A DNA stretch of 63,873 nt, filler included, from an uncultured bacterium (GTDB lineage Bacteria; UBA8481), in assembly GCA_964499705.1 (NCBI GenBank). It is 3 parts of 3 records of this genome, joined end to end, with 100 filler letters (N's around TTAATTAATTAA, not from the genome) between each part and the next. Parts side by side here need not be neighbours in the genome. Positions count along the whole stretch, not along the records: positions 48,773 to 63,873 come from CAZCME010000038.1; 2 more parts are not named here. One strand, given 5' to 3'. Position 1 is the stretch's first letter. Each line of letters begins with the position of its first letter. The notes under the pieces were generated by a model. It saw nothing but the letters and a program-made list of their open reading frames with translations. It did no database searches and was not told where the DNA came from. This document shows positions 55,836-63,873 of the stretch, in pieces. Position numbers and translations under genes: made by a program.

Positions 55836-57548
55836 TCAGTTCGCGTTGAAATAATCTTCGAGCTTTTTGAGGATGTCCGCTTCGTCCGGAGAAATGCCCG
55901 CGCCTCTTTGCGCCAGCATGTCGTAGAGCATCCTGAGATATTCCTTCTCCGCGGCGTCCAGGCCCGGGCCTCCGGAACCGAGATCGGCCCGGGGGCGGGC
56001 CCGGTAGATCGATTTGTCCGCGAGGCCGTCGATGTCGATCCTGCCTTTCCTGACACCCTCACCGGAGTAGCTCAGGTGAATTCGGTAATAGCCCGGTCCC
56101 TTCGTCTTGATGCGCTCGCCCTCCCAGCCGCGCCCCTCGGCGCGCTTGTCCCAGAGCGATGTGCCATCCGGTGCGGAGACGCGCATGACGTCGATCCTGC
56201 CGGCGTCGCCCCAGCCCGTGTAAATCTCGATCATGAACGTCGCTTCATCCTGGACGCGGACATAACCTTCGAAGTCCTTGCCCCGAGTGATCTCGTAAGG
56301 CACGGGCGGCTTCTGGCCCGTGTCGAAGGAACCCGGCGTTTCCTTCGGAGGCGTGACGGGCGTTGTCGCGACAGCGGGAGCGCCGGACACGCGCAGCGAG
56401 ATGTTGAATGGGCTTTCGTCCTTCTTCTGGAAGGCGCCGACGCGGATGTAGTAGACCGCCGATTCCGCCGGGGAGACGGCGGCGCTTTCGAATCGGGATC
56501 CGTCCTCGCGACTCACGCCGCGCGGGTTGCCGAGATCGTCGTAGATCCAGAGGTCGAGATCCTTGTCCGGCTTCGAGCCGCGCACTTCCGCCTGGATGCT
56601 GCCGCTTCGAAAAAGCGGGATGATGTACCAGGCGGATGTGGCGAACGTGCTTCCGGCTTCGGCGGTTGCCGCGAAATTGTCGCCCGCCGGCACGGCGGAA
56701 CCCGCCGAAGGATCGCGGCGCGAACGGGCGAGCGAAACCCGCTCCGCCGAGATCCGGAAGGAGCTTTCCTCGCCGCGCTTGAAGGCGAAGACGCGGACGG
56801 TGAGCGTTTCATTCTCCCACACCCGGATGATCGACGATTCGCTTCCTCCGCCCTCGGCTTCCGATGCGCCGCGGCGATGCGCCATCGAGTCGAGCACTTC
56901 GAAATCGAGATCGACCGCGGGATTGTCCGCCATGACCTTGATGCGGATGGCATCGTCCCGGTCGGACGAGTGCGAACGGGCGGGCAGCTTCAGAATCGCC
57001 TCGCGCTCCTTGCCGTATCCCGCTGTCATCGTCCGCGGCGCGGCGCCGACTTCCAGCCAGGCCGTGGTGTCCGGCGGAGGCTGCGGCGCGGGAATCGCGG
57101 TGGGATCGACGAAGAACTTCACGGCGCGGCCGTTGGCGAAGATCTGCTCGCTCGTGCGGGATGTGATTTCCGCGAACATGTCCGACGGATTTTTCCGGTC
57201 GAAACAGAAGAGCAGGTAGTGGGCTCCGATCTCGCCGGGAGCGATGATGTCGACCTGGGCCACGGCCTTCTCGCTTCCTCCGATCGATTTCAGGAACGCG
57301 CGCATCTCGCCCTGCTCCCGCTTCCACGACGGCAGCCAGACCGCGGTATGTGTGCGGAAGACGGATGTCGACATGGTTCCGACCGTCACCGATCCCGTGA
57401 TGCGCTCGCCCGGCTTGACGCGGAATTCCCTGGATGTGAAGCCGTTCAAGGAAACGGCTTCGATGGAGAGATCGCGTTCCGCCCGCGCGCCGAGAGCGAT
57501 CGCGGAAAGGAGGAGCGCCAGCAGTAAGCTACGAATCCTCCCGGACAT
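55836..57548 (-). CDS. secreted protein with repeated PPC-like beta-sandwich domains
   Basis: signal peptide; two DLDxxxxD...E....Y/V.V.AF repeats; start ATG 57548 overlapping the trxA stop. Confidence 0.7.
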   Translation of the reverse strand: MSGRIRSLLLALLLSAIALGARAERDLSIEAVSLNGFTSREFRVKPGERITGSVTVGTMSTSVFRTHTAVWLPSWKREQGEMRAFLKSIGGSEKAVAQVDIIAPGEIGAHYLLFCFDRKNPSDMFAEITSRTSEQIFANGRAVKFFVDPTAIPAPQPPPDTTAWLEVGAAPRTMTAGYGKEREAILKLPARSHSSDRDDAIRIKVMADNPAVDLDFEVLDSMAHRRGASEAEGGGSESSIIRVWENETLTVRVFAFKRGEESSFRISAERVSLARSRRDPSAGSAVPAGDNFAATAEAGSTFATSAWYIIPLFRSGSIQAEVRGSKPDKDLDLWIYDDLGNPRGVSREDGSRFESAAVSPAESAVYYIRVGAFQKKDESPFNISLRVSGAPAVATTPVTPPKETPGSFDTGQKPPVPYEITRGKDFEGYVRVQDEATFMIEIYTGWGDAGRIDVMRVSAPDGTSLWDKRAEGRGWEGERIKTKGPGYYRIHLSYSGEGVRKGRIDIDGLADKSIYRARPRADLGSGGPGLDAAEKEYLRMLYDMLAQRGAGISPDEADILKKLEDYFNAN

Positions 57549-57877
57549 CAGAGCGCGTTGTCGATCTTCTCTTTGATCGTGGACTTCGGGAGCGCGCCGA
57601 TTATCCGATCGACGACCGCGCCGCCCTTGAAGATGAGAAGTGCCGGAATGCCGCGGATCCCGTGTTCGATCGCGTACTTCGTGTGATCGTCGACGTTGTA
57701 TTTCGCGATCTTCAGTCGCCCGGCGTACTCGCCGGCCAGCTCGTCGAGCACGGGCGCGATCATCTTGCAGGGGCCGCACCAGGGAGCCCAGAAGTCCACG
57801 AGGACGGGAACGGGCGACTGGAGCACATCCGTCGCGAAAGAGTCGTCGGTGAGTTGCATCATCGATTCCGCAGCCAT
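57548..57877 (-). CDS. trxA: thioredoxin
   Basis: VDFWAPWCGPCKMIAP. Confidence 0.96.
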   Translation of the reverse strand: MAAESMMQLTDDSFATDVLQSPVPVLVDFWAPWCGPCKMIAPVLDELAGEYAGRLKIAKYNVDDHTKYAIEHGIRGIPALLIFKGGAVVDRIIGALPKSTIKEKIDNAL

Positions 57878-57911
57878 GTTCTTTCCTTCCTTTTTCCTTT
57901 ATCCGTATTGC

Positions 57912-59021
57912 TTAGACGCGACCGGCCATCGCCGGGTTCCCGGGCTTGCCTGTTTTCGATCGGGTTTCCATGTCGGTTGTTTTCAGCAGGAGCTCCGCGA
58001 TCTGCACGGCGTTTGTGGCGGCTCCTTTTCTCAATTGATCTCCGGAGATGAAGAAGGTCAGCGAGTTCGGGCCGGACGTGTCCTTGCGGATCCGGCCGAC
58101 GTAGACGAGATCCTGTCCGGCCGTTTCGATGGGCATCGGGAAGTAATTCTTCTCCCGGTCGTCCACGACGCGGACGCCCTCGGCGTGAGACAGGATCGCG
58201 CGCGCATCGTCGGGAGAAAGAGGGGAGGCGAATTCCGCCGTGATCGATTCCGCGTGAGACCGGAACGTCGGAACGCGGACGCAGGTGGCGGAGATGCCGA
58301 TCGAAGTATCGCCGAAGATCTTATAGGTCTCCTTCGTCATCTTGGTTTCCTCTTCGTTGTATCCGTCCGCGCCGATCTTGGAATTATGCGAGAAGAGATT
58401 GAAGGCGATCTGGTGGGAAAAGATCTCCTTTCGCGCGGGACGTCCTTCGAGGACGTCCTTCGTCTGCTTCTCCAGTTCGTCGATGGCGCGCGCTCCGGCG
58501 CCGGAAACCGCCTGGTACGTGGAGACGATGAGGCGACGGAGCCTGGCCTTCCTGTGAAGGGGCCAGAGAGGAACCAGCGCGATGATGGTGGAGCAGTTCG
58601 GATTGGCGATGATGCGCTTCGGGGCATCCTGGACGGCTTCGGGATTGACTTCGGGAACAACGAGCGGAACCTCGGGATCCATGCGAAATGCCGAGGAGTT
58701 GTCCACGATCATCGCTCCGGCGGCGGCAAAGCGCGCGGCGTGAGCCCGCGACGTCGAAGCCCCGGCGGAAAAGAGCGCGATGTCGATCCCGGAGGGATCG
58801 GCCTTTTCGAGATCCTCCACGACATATTCGCGACCGCGGAAGGTCATCTTTTTTCCGACGGAACGGGAGGAAGCCATCAGGCGGAGATGACCGATGGGGA
58901 ATTTCCTCTCATCGAGTATCGTGAGGAATTCCTTGCCGACGGCGCCCGTGGCGCCGACGATCGCGATGCACGGAGCCGCTCCGCTGTCTGAACCTGGCCG
59001 GGTTGTTGTCATGATCATCAC
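57912..59021 (-). CDS. asd: aspartate-semialdehyde dehydrogenase
   Basis: GATGAVG, DNSSAFRM, IIANPNCST, TYQAVSGAG, CVRVP...H, DQLRKGAA.NAVQIAE. Confidence 0.96.
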   Translation of the reverse strand: MMIMTTTRPGSDSGAAPCIAIVGATGAVGKEFLTILDERKFPIGHLRLMASSRSVGKKMTFRGREYVVEDLEKADPSGIDIALFSAGASTSRAHAARFAAAGAMIVDNSSAFRMDPEVPLVVPEVNPEAVQDAPKRIIANPNCSTIIALVPLWPLHRKARLRRLIVSTYQAVSGAGARAIDELEKQTKDVLEGRPARKEIFSHQIAFNLFSHNSKIGADGYNEEETKMTKETYKIFGDTSIGISATCVRVPTFRSHAESITAEFASPLSPDDARAILSHAEGVRVVDDREKNYFPMPIETAGQDLVYVGRIRKDTSGPNSLTFFISGDQLRKGAATNAVQIAELLLKTTDMETRSKTGKPGNPAMAGRV

Positions 59022-59025
59022 CTTG

Positions 59026-59104
59026 ATTTACGATATACGAGATACGATTGCCGATTTACAATCTGTTCGCGTCAATCTTAAATCGTATATCAGTGATCGT
59101 CAAT
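59026..59104. repeat. degenerate heptamer (ACGATAT-like) inverted repeat between divergent genes
   Basis: GATTTACGATATACGAGATACGATTGCCGATTT ... AAATCGTATATCAGTGATCGTCAAT. Confidence 0.5.
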
Positions 59105-59162
59105 TCCCACGATAATCCACGAGGAAGGGGAACCACCTGGGCGTGAAAGAGTCAAAGCTGGA

Positions 59163-62100
59163 GTGATACGAATGGGTCGGAACAATCTCGCATTTCCTTT
59201 CTTTTTATCCCTGGTGGCCGTTGTGACTTCCGCGTCGCCCTCGCGGGCTCTCGAAGCGGTCTCCATTCGCGATTACTTCGTGCTCCCCGAGGAACGTGAC
59301 GCCACGGCTATCGAGGAACCGTCCTGCATCGCTTCGTTTCCGGACGGCACGATCGCCGTCGGAGACGTGGACGGCAGGAAGGTCATTCTGCGTTATCCGG
59401 ACGGCAGGAAAAAAGCCCTGGCGGTGCGTGCCGGCGGGCTGGTCGTCAATGATGGGAAGTTGATTGTGACGGAAGCCTCGCGCATCCGGATGTTCAACAG
59501 GGATGGCGATGAACTTCCGGTCCTGGCGGATGACACCGTCCGGGATTTTTCCCGGACGCTCGGGATGAACGTGGATGAGCGCGGCAATGTCTACATCGCC
59601 GATTCGGGCCGCGACGTCGTCTTTGTCCTCTCCGCCGACGGGCTTCCTCTCTCCATCATCGGAGAAAACGCGGACGGCGACGCGGAGCTATCCAACCCCG
59701 TCGACGCGGCGGTCGACGGCCGCGGCCGCATCTTCATCGCGGACGCGGGCAACGAGCGCATCGCGATCTACTCGACGGGCGGCGTTTATCGGGGACAGAT
59801 CACCGGCATCGAAAAGCCGGTCGCCGTGGCCGTCGACTCCGCCGGGCTCGTCTATGTCGCCGATGCGGATCAGAATCGAGTGCTGCGTTACGATGTGACG
59901 GGCAAGTTGCTCGGTTCGTTCGGCACGAAAGGAAGATCCCGCGGGCAGTTCCGCAGGATCGTCGACATGGAACTTGGTTCCGATGGGCTCCTGCGTGTGC
60001 TGGATTCCTCGAATCGCTCGCTGCACATTCTGGCCTGGCCGGCGCCCGAGGTCGTGACCGCGGCTCCCCGCGTAATTCCGCTTTCTGCTCGCTGGGGCGG
60101 CATGGCCCAGGTTAATCTGAGGCCGATCGGCACGTCCTTCGACAACCGGCTTGTCGCCGCGGATCCGGACGGCAATGTCCTCATGCTGGACCAGGCGTTC
60201 AGGGAACTGGCGCGATTTCCCGCGGGCACGTTCCGCGATCCGTCGGCCGCGGTCTCGGACGGCGTGGATCGTCTTTATGTCGCGGACCGCGCCACCGGTG
60301 AAGTGCATGTCTTCGACAGGAATCTCCAGCTTCTCTTCACGTTCGGCAAGGGTTCCCGCGTCCTCTTTTTCCGCGGCGGAGAGGGCAAGCTCGTCAGTCC
60401 CTGTGCCGTCGCGCTCTCGAATTCGGGTCTTGTCGCGGTGGCGGACAAGAACAAGGTCGAGATCTTCGGTCCGGACGGGACCTACATGGCCACCGTGGGA
60501 AAAGACGCACCGGACGAGGGAGTGATCGATGAACCGATCGGCGTTGCGTTCGGACCGGACGGCGCGATCTTCGTGGCGGATGCGGGCAGCGGAATGCTGG
60601 CCCGCTATGACGCGTCCGGGAATTTTCAGAAGCGTGTGGGTAATCTCGAACCCCTTGCGATGGGAGCTGATGAGGAGGGAAGGGTGTATCTCCTCGAGGA
60701 AAACGGTCCTCGAATCCTCGTTTACGCTCCGGACCTGGAACCGATGCTTCTCATCGGGACACCGGGTGAAGGAAGGGGTTCCATTCGCAGGGCGTCAGCG
60801 CTTGTTTGCGCGAAGGACGAACTGCACGTGGGAGTGCGTGACGGTATCGTTTCGATTCCGCTCGATCTTCCCCTCTCGGCTCCAGCGCTGCCCGTCGTAT
60901 CCGGCGCGATGCGTTCGCTGGTTGTCACCTGGCCGCGCTCCACGTTGAAGGTGGTATCCGCCTATCGCGTGACGATCGATGACATGAAATTCGAAACTGC
61001 CGATACGACGCTCGTGGCGAGCGGCCTCGCGGATGAGAAGGCCTATGCCGTCCGAATCGCGTCGCTCAATCGATTCGGACTTCCCGGTTACTCTTCCGAG
61101 AGTGTCCCGTCGCGAACGCTCACTCTTGCCCTGTCCGCTCCGCCCCCGCCATCCGTGATGACGGTCCAGGGCGGCGCCCGCGTTTCGATCGCATGGGACG
61201 CGGACTCGTCGCCCTATGTCGCCTCGTATGCGATCGAGGGGCAGCGCAACGGCCTGTACGAGCGGCTGAGCACCGTGGAGGCCGCGCATGCGGGCATGAT
61301 GCGGGTGACCATGGAACCGGGGGCGACCCGTCGGTTCCGTGTGCGCGCCATAGCGGACAACGGCAAGGAGGGTCCGCCATCGGTCGAAGGCGTCTATTCG
61401 GCCGGAGAAGGCTTCGATGCCCTGGCGGCCGCTTCCTATGCTCTGGCTGCGGAGAAGTTCCTATCCGCGACTTCCGTGGAATCGGACAATGCGAGGATCT
61501 GGAGCGGGCTGGGCGAAGCGAGCGAGAAGCTGGAGAGATTCTCGGAGGCCGCGCGCGCGTTCGGTCGCGCCCTGGAGATCGAGCCGCGCGACACGATCTC
61601 CGCGTTCGGCCTAGCGCGGCTCGCGCTCCTGAAAGGCGATTCGCTCACCGCGCGCCGCGCTCTGGCGGGACTCGCCTCATCGGGTGTCACAACCGATCCG
61701 GAGTTTTTCTACATCGGCGGGATGATCGCCATGGCGGACGAGGAATATGAAACCGCCGTCCGAAGGCTCTCCTCGGCTGTCTCGGCAAATCCTTCCGCAC
61801 GGAATCGCGCGGCTCTGTCCAGGGCCGAAGAGGCGCAGAGGTTGTTCGGCGAAAATCGGCCCCGGCTCGAAATATCCGACGCGGAAATTCATCCTGTCTT
61901 TCCCGCGCTCTACAAGATCTATGCGACGGCACCCATCGGCGCCGCCACTGTCCGAAATGCCGGCCGGTTTCCGCTCGACCGGCTCCGCTTCTCCGTCTTC
62001 ATCCGCGGCGCCATGGATTTTCCGGCGGACACGCTCATCATGCGGCTGGAGCCGGGCGAGTCGATCCGCGTGGCCATACGCGCGGAATTGTCCAATAGCA

Positions 62101-63164
62101 TACTCGACGCGACGGAGGACGAGACGAAGCAGGCTGAACTGCGGCTTACGTATTACAGGTCCGGCGAGCCCGTCGAAGTGAAGCAGACCGTACCCTTCCG
62201 GCTCCTGGCACGCACGGCACTTCAGTGGGACGATCCCCGGAAGATCGCCTCCTTCGTGACAACCAGGGCTCCTGTTGTCGCCGAATTCGCCCGGAATGTC
62301 GCCGGTTACGGGTCGGACCTGTCCGGCGCGGTCAATGCGCCGTTGCGGATCGTCCTGCTGCTGAGAAACGCGCTGGCGGTGTACGGGATCCGGTATCAGC
62401 AGGATCCGTTGAATCCTTACCGCGATGTTTCCGAGAATGCGCAGACAATCGACCATGTGCAGCTACCGGAGGAAACGCTCCGTAACAAGGGGGGCGATTG
62501 CGACGACCTGGTGGTATTGTATGCGTCACTTCTGGAAAATCTCGGCGTCAGGACGGCCGCCGCCGATCTGCCGGGCCACATCCTTCTTCTCATCGATTCG
62601 GAATTGCCTCCGGAAGCTGCGGACCAGGTTGTTTCCGGCGGAGCATGGATACTCCGGGAAGGAACGGTCTGGATACCGATCGAGACGACGATGCTGGAGG
62701 GAACCTTCGAGGAGACTCTTCGATCGGCGGCGGAATCCCTGAAAAGCGCGACTATCATCGATCTGAGGGAGGCCTGGAGCCTTTATCCTCCGGTGACGAC
62801 GCAGTCCTCCTCCTGGCGCGCGGCCCTCCCGGACCGCGATGCGACGATGAAGCGGAATGAACCGGATGAATCGGCGGCGCGATTGCGCCGCGCCGTGGTA
62901 CTGGCCGGAGCGGATGCCGCGCTGGCGGGGACGGACCCGGAAGCGGCGATCCGTGCCGGCATCGTTTACGGTCGGATGGGACTTCTGGACCAGGCGGAGA
63001 ATTTCTTCAGGCAGGCAGGCGAGACCTCAGCGGCGTTGAATAATCTCGGAAATGTCGCGCTCCTGAGAGGCGATGCCGCGCGGGCACGAGCTTACTATGA
63101 ACAGGCAGCCGGACTTGATCCGGAGGATGAGGGAATCAAGGCGAACCTGGAGAAGATGAAATGA
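59163..63164 (+). CDS. large secreted protein: NHL beta-propellers, FN3-like domains, TPRs and a transglutaminase-like domain
   Basis: signal peptide; P.DAAVD..GRIFIADAGN.RI repeats; TPR patterns; GGDCDD...PGHI...WIPIETT. Confidence 0.85.
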   Translation: MIRMGRNNLAFPFFLSLVAVVTSASPSRALEAVSIRDYFVLPEERDATAIEEPSCIASFPDGTIAVGDVDGRKVILRYPDGRKKALAVRAGGLVVNDGKLIVTEASRIRMFNRDGDELPVLADDTVRDFSRTLGMNVDERGNVYIADSGRDVVFVLSADGLPLSIIGENADGDAELSNPVDAAVDGRGRIFIADAGNERIAIYSTGGVYRGQITGIEKPVAVAVDSAGLVYVADADQNRVLRYDVTGKLLGSFGTKGRSRGQFRRIVDMELGSDGLLRVLDSSNRSLHILAWPAPEVVTAAPRVIPLSARWGGMAQVNLRPIGTSFDNRLVAADPDGNVLMLDQAFRELARFPAGTFRDPSAAVSDGVDRLYVADRATGEVHVFDRNLQLLFTFGKGSRVLFFRGGEGKLVSPCAVALSNSGLVAVADKNKVEIFGPDGTYMATVGKDAPDEGVIDEPIGVAFGPDGAIFVADAGSGMLARYDASGNFQKRVGNLEPLAMGADEEGRVYLLEENGPRILVYAPDLEPMLLIGTPGEGRGSIRRASALVCAKDELHVGVRDGIVSIPLDLPLSAPALPVVSGAMRSLVVTWPRSTLKVVSAYRVTIDDMKFETADTTLVASGLADEKAYAVRIASLNRFGLPGYSSESVPSRTLTLALSAPPPPSVMTVQGGARVSIAWDADSSPYVASYAIEGQRNGLYERLSTVEAAHAGMMRVTMEPGATRRFRVRAIADNGKEGPPSVEGVYSAGEGFDALAAASYALAAEKFLSATSVESDNARIWSGLGEASEKLERFSEAARAFGRALEIEPRDTISAFGLARLALLKGDSLTARRALAGLASSGVTTDPEFFYIGGMIAMADEEYETAVRRLSSAVSANPSARNRAALSRAEEAQRLFGENRPRLEISDAEIHPVFPALYKIYATAPIGAATVRNAGRFPLDRLRFSVFIRGAMDFPADTLIMRLEPGESIRVAIRAELSNSILDATEDETKQAELRLTYYRSGEPVEVKQTVPFRLLARTALQWDDPRKIASFVTTRAPVVAEFARNVAGYGSDLSGAVNAPLRIVLLLRNALAVYGIRYQQDPLNPYRDVSENAQTIDHVQLPEETLRNKGGDCDDLVVLYASLLENLGVRTAAADLPGHILLLIDSELPPEAADQVVSGGAWILREGTVWIPIETTMLEGTFEETLRSAAESLKSATIIDLREAWSLYPPVTTQSSSWRAALPDRDATMKRNEPDESAARLRRAVVLAGADAALAGTDPEAAIRAGIVYGRMGLLDQAENFFRQAGETSAALNNLGNVALLRGDAARARAYYEQAAGLDPEDEGIKANLEKMK

Positions 63165-63769
63165 GAATCTTGCGGAACATCTGCCTTACGGCGCTCATGG
63201 CTCTGGTTGTGTCATACGTTTATGCGGAGCCATTGAAAGCCTCCGGGCTGTCCATTTCGCCGGGCGCCCTGCGGGCGCTCTCTCGAAGCCGGTCCGAGTC
63301 CATGCGCCAGCTTTCGCAGCCTGTCGCCGTCGCGGGAACCCGAGGATCGCGCATCGAGGCCGGAGAATTGTACTGGAAGGGCGGAACGACATCGGCGGAA
63401 AAAATGATCCAGGAAGCCGAGTTGCTGGAATCCGGCGATAAGCATGAGGAAGCCATGAAGGTCTATACGCGGATCATGATCGAGGGGGCATCCGGCCGGG
63501 CGCTCGAGCGCGCATCGATCGGATGGGCGGTCTGTAAGTTCAGGATGGGCGACGCGCCCGCCGCCATCCGCCGCCTTCGCGACCTCTGTGCCCGGTCCGC
63601 CGACCGCGACATCCAGTTCTCCGCCTCGATTCCGCTTGCGCTGGCCCTTCATGCCACGGGAGCCTCGCAGGAAGCGATGGATCTCCTGAAAAAGCTGGTG
63701 AGCCGCCATCCCGATCATCCGCTCGCCGGCCAGGCCGAGGGAATGATCCTGTTCTTATCCGGAGAGTAA
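63161..63769 (+). CDS. secreted TPR protein
   Basis: ATGA overlap with the upstream gene; signal peptide; TPR-like helices ending LVSRHPDHPLA. Confidence 0.75.
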   Translation: MRILRNICLTALMALVVSYVYAEPLKASGLSISPGALRALSRSRSESMRQLSQPVAVAGTRGSRIEAGELYWKGGTTSAEKMIQEAELLESGDKHEEAMKVYTRIMIEGASGRALERASIGWAVCKFRMGDAPAAIRRLRDLCARSADRDIQFSASIPLALALHATGASQEAMDLLKKLVSRHPDHPLAGQAEGMILFLSGE

Positions 63770-63873
63770 CTCCTTCTAACCCAGCTTCAACAGTTTGCGT
63801 TTAATTTCAGCTGTTTTCGGCCTGTGGAAAGTCGAAGTCGGGCGTGCAAGGCGCTCTCAGATGCGGTGTAGAA

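Overview
GC-rich bacterial genomic DNA, probably from a metagenome-assembled genome. Three contigs (1-25992, 26093-48672, 48773-63873) are joined by artificial N/TTAATTAATTAA linkers, so adjacency across the linkers is not evidence. Most content is housekeeping: recO, scpA, trpS, hfq-hflX, aroF-tyrA-aroA-cmk-plsC, thiG, nuoB-bcp-surA-pdxA-rsmA, udg-priA, hemE-hemN-hemY-hemH, rplU, PIN-PhoH, aroD, thrE pair, trxA, asd, tRNA-Gln and tRNA-fMet. The best candidate for an undescribed system is an AT-shifted cassette at 30151-31918. It holds a 169-aa miniature CxxxCxxC radical-SAM-like protein, a 67-aa peptide with a YxxPxL RiPP-type leader and two Cys, a degenerate PP2C/SpoIIE-like protein, and an HTH_17 regulator behind a palindrome and a tandem-hairpin leader. 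Other oddities: an apparently inactive carboxyltransferase fused to an intact biotin carrier; a CysK-like protein lacking the PLP lysine, next to thiG; an ATP-grasp gene paired with a double alpha/beta-hydrolase; a RacA-like HTH/coiled-coil protein; GGGGACA-ended palindromic mini-elements, one of which splits the tyrA ribosome-binding site; and a window-wide leaderless-promoter signature. All calls come from motif recognition by eye; no database searches were run.
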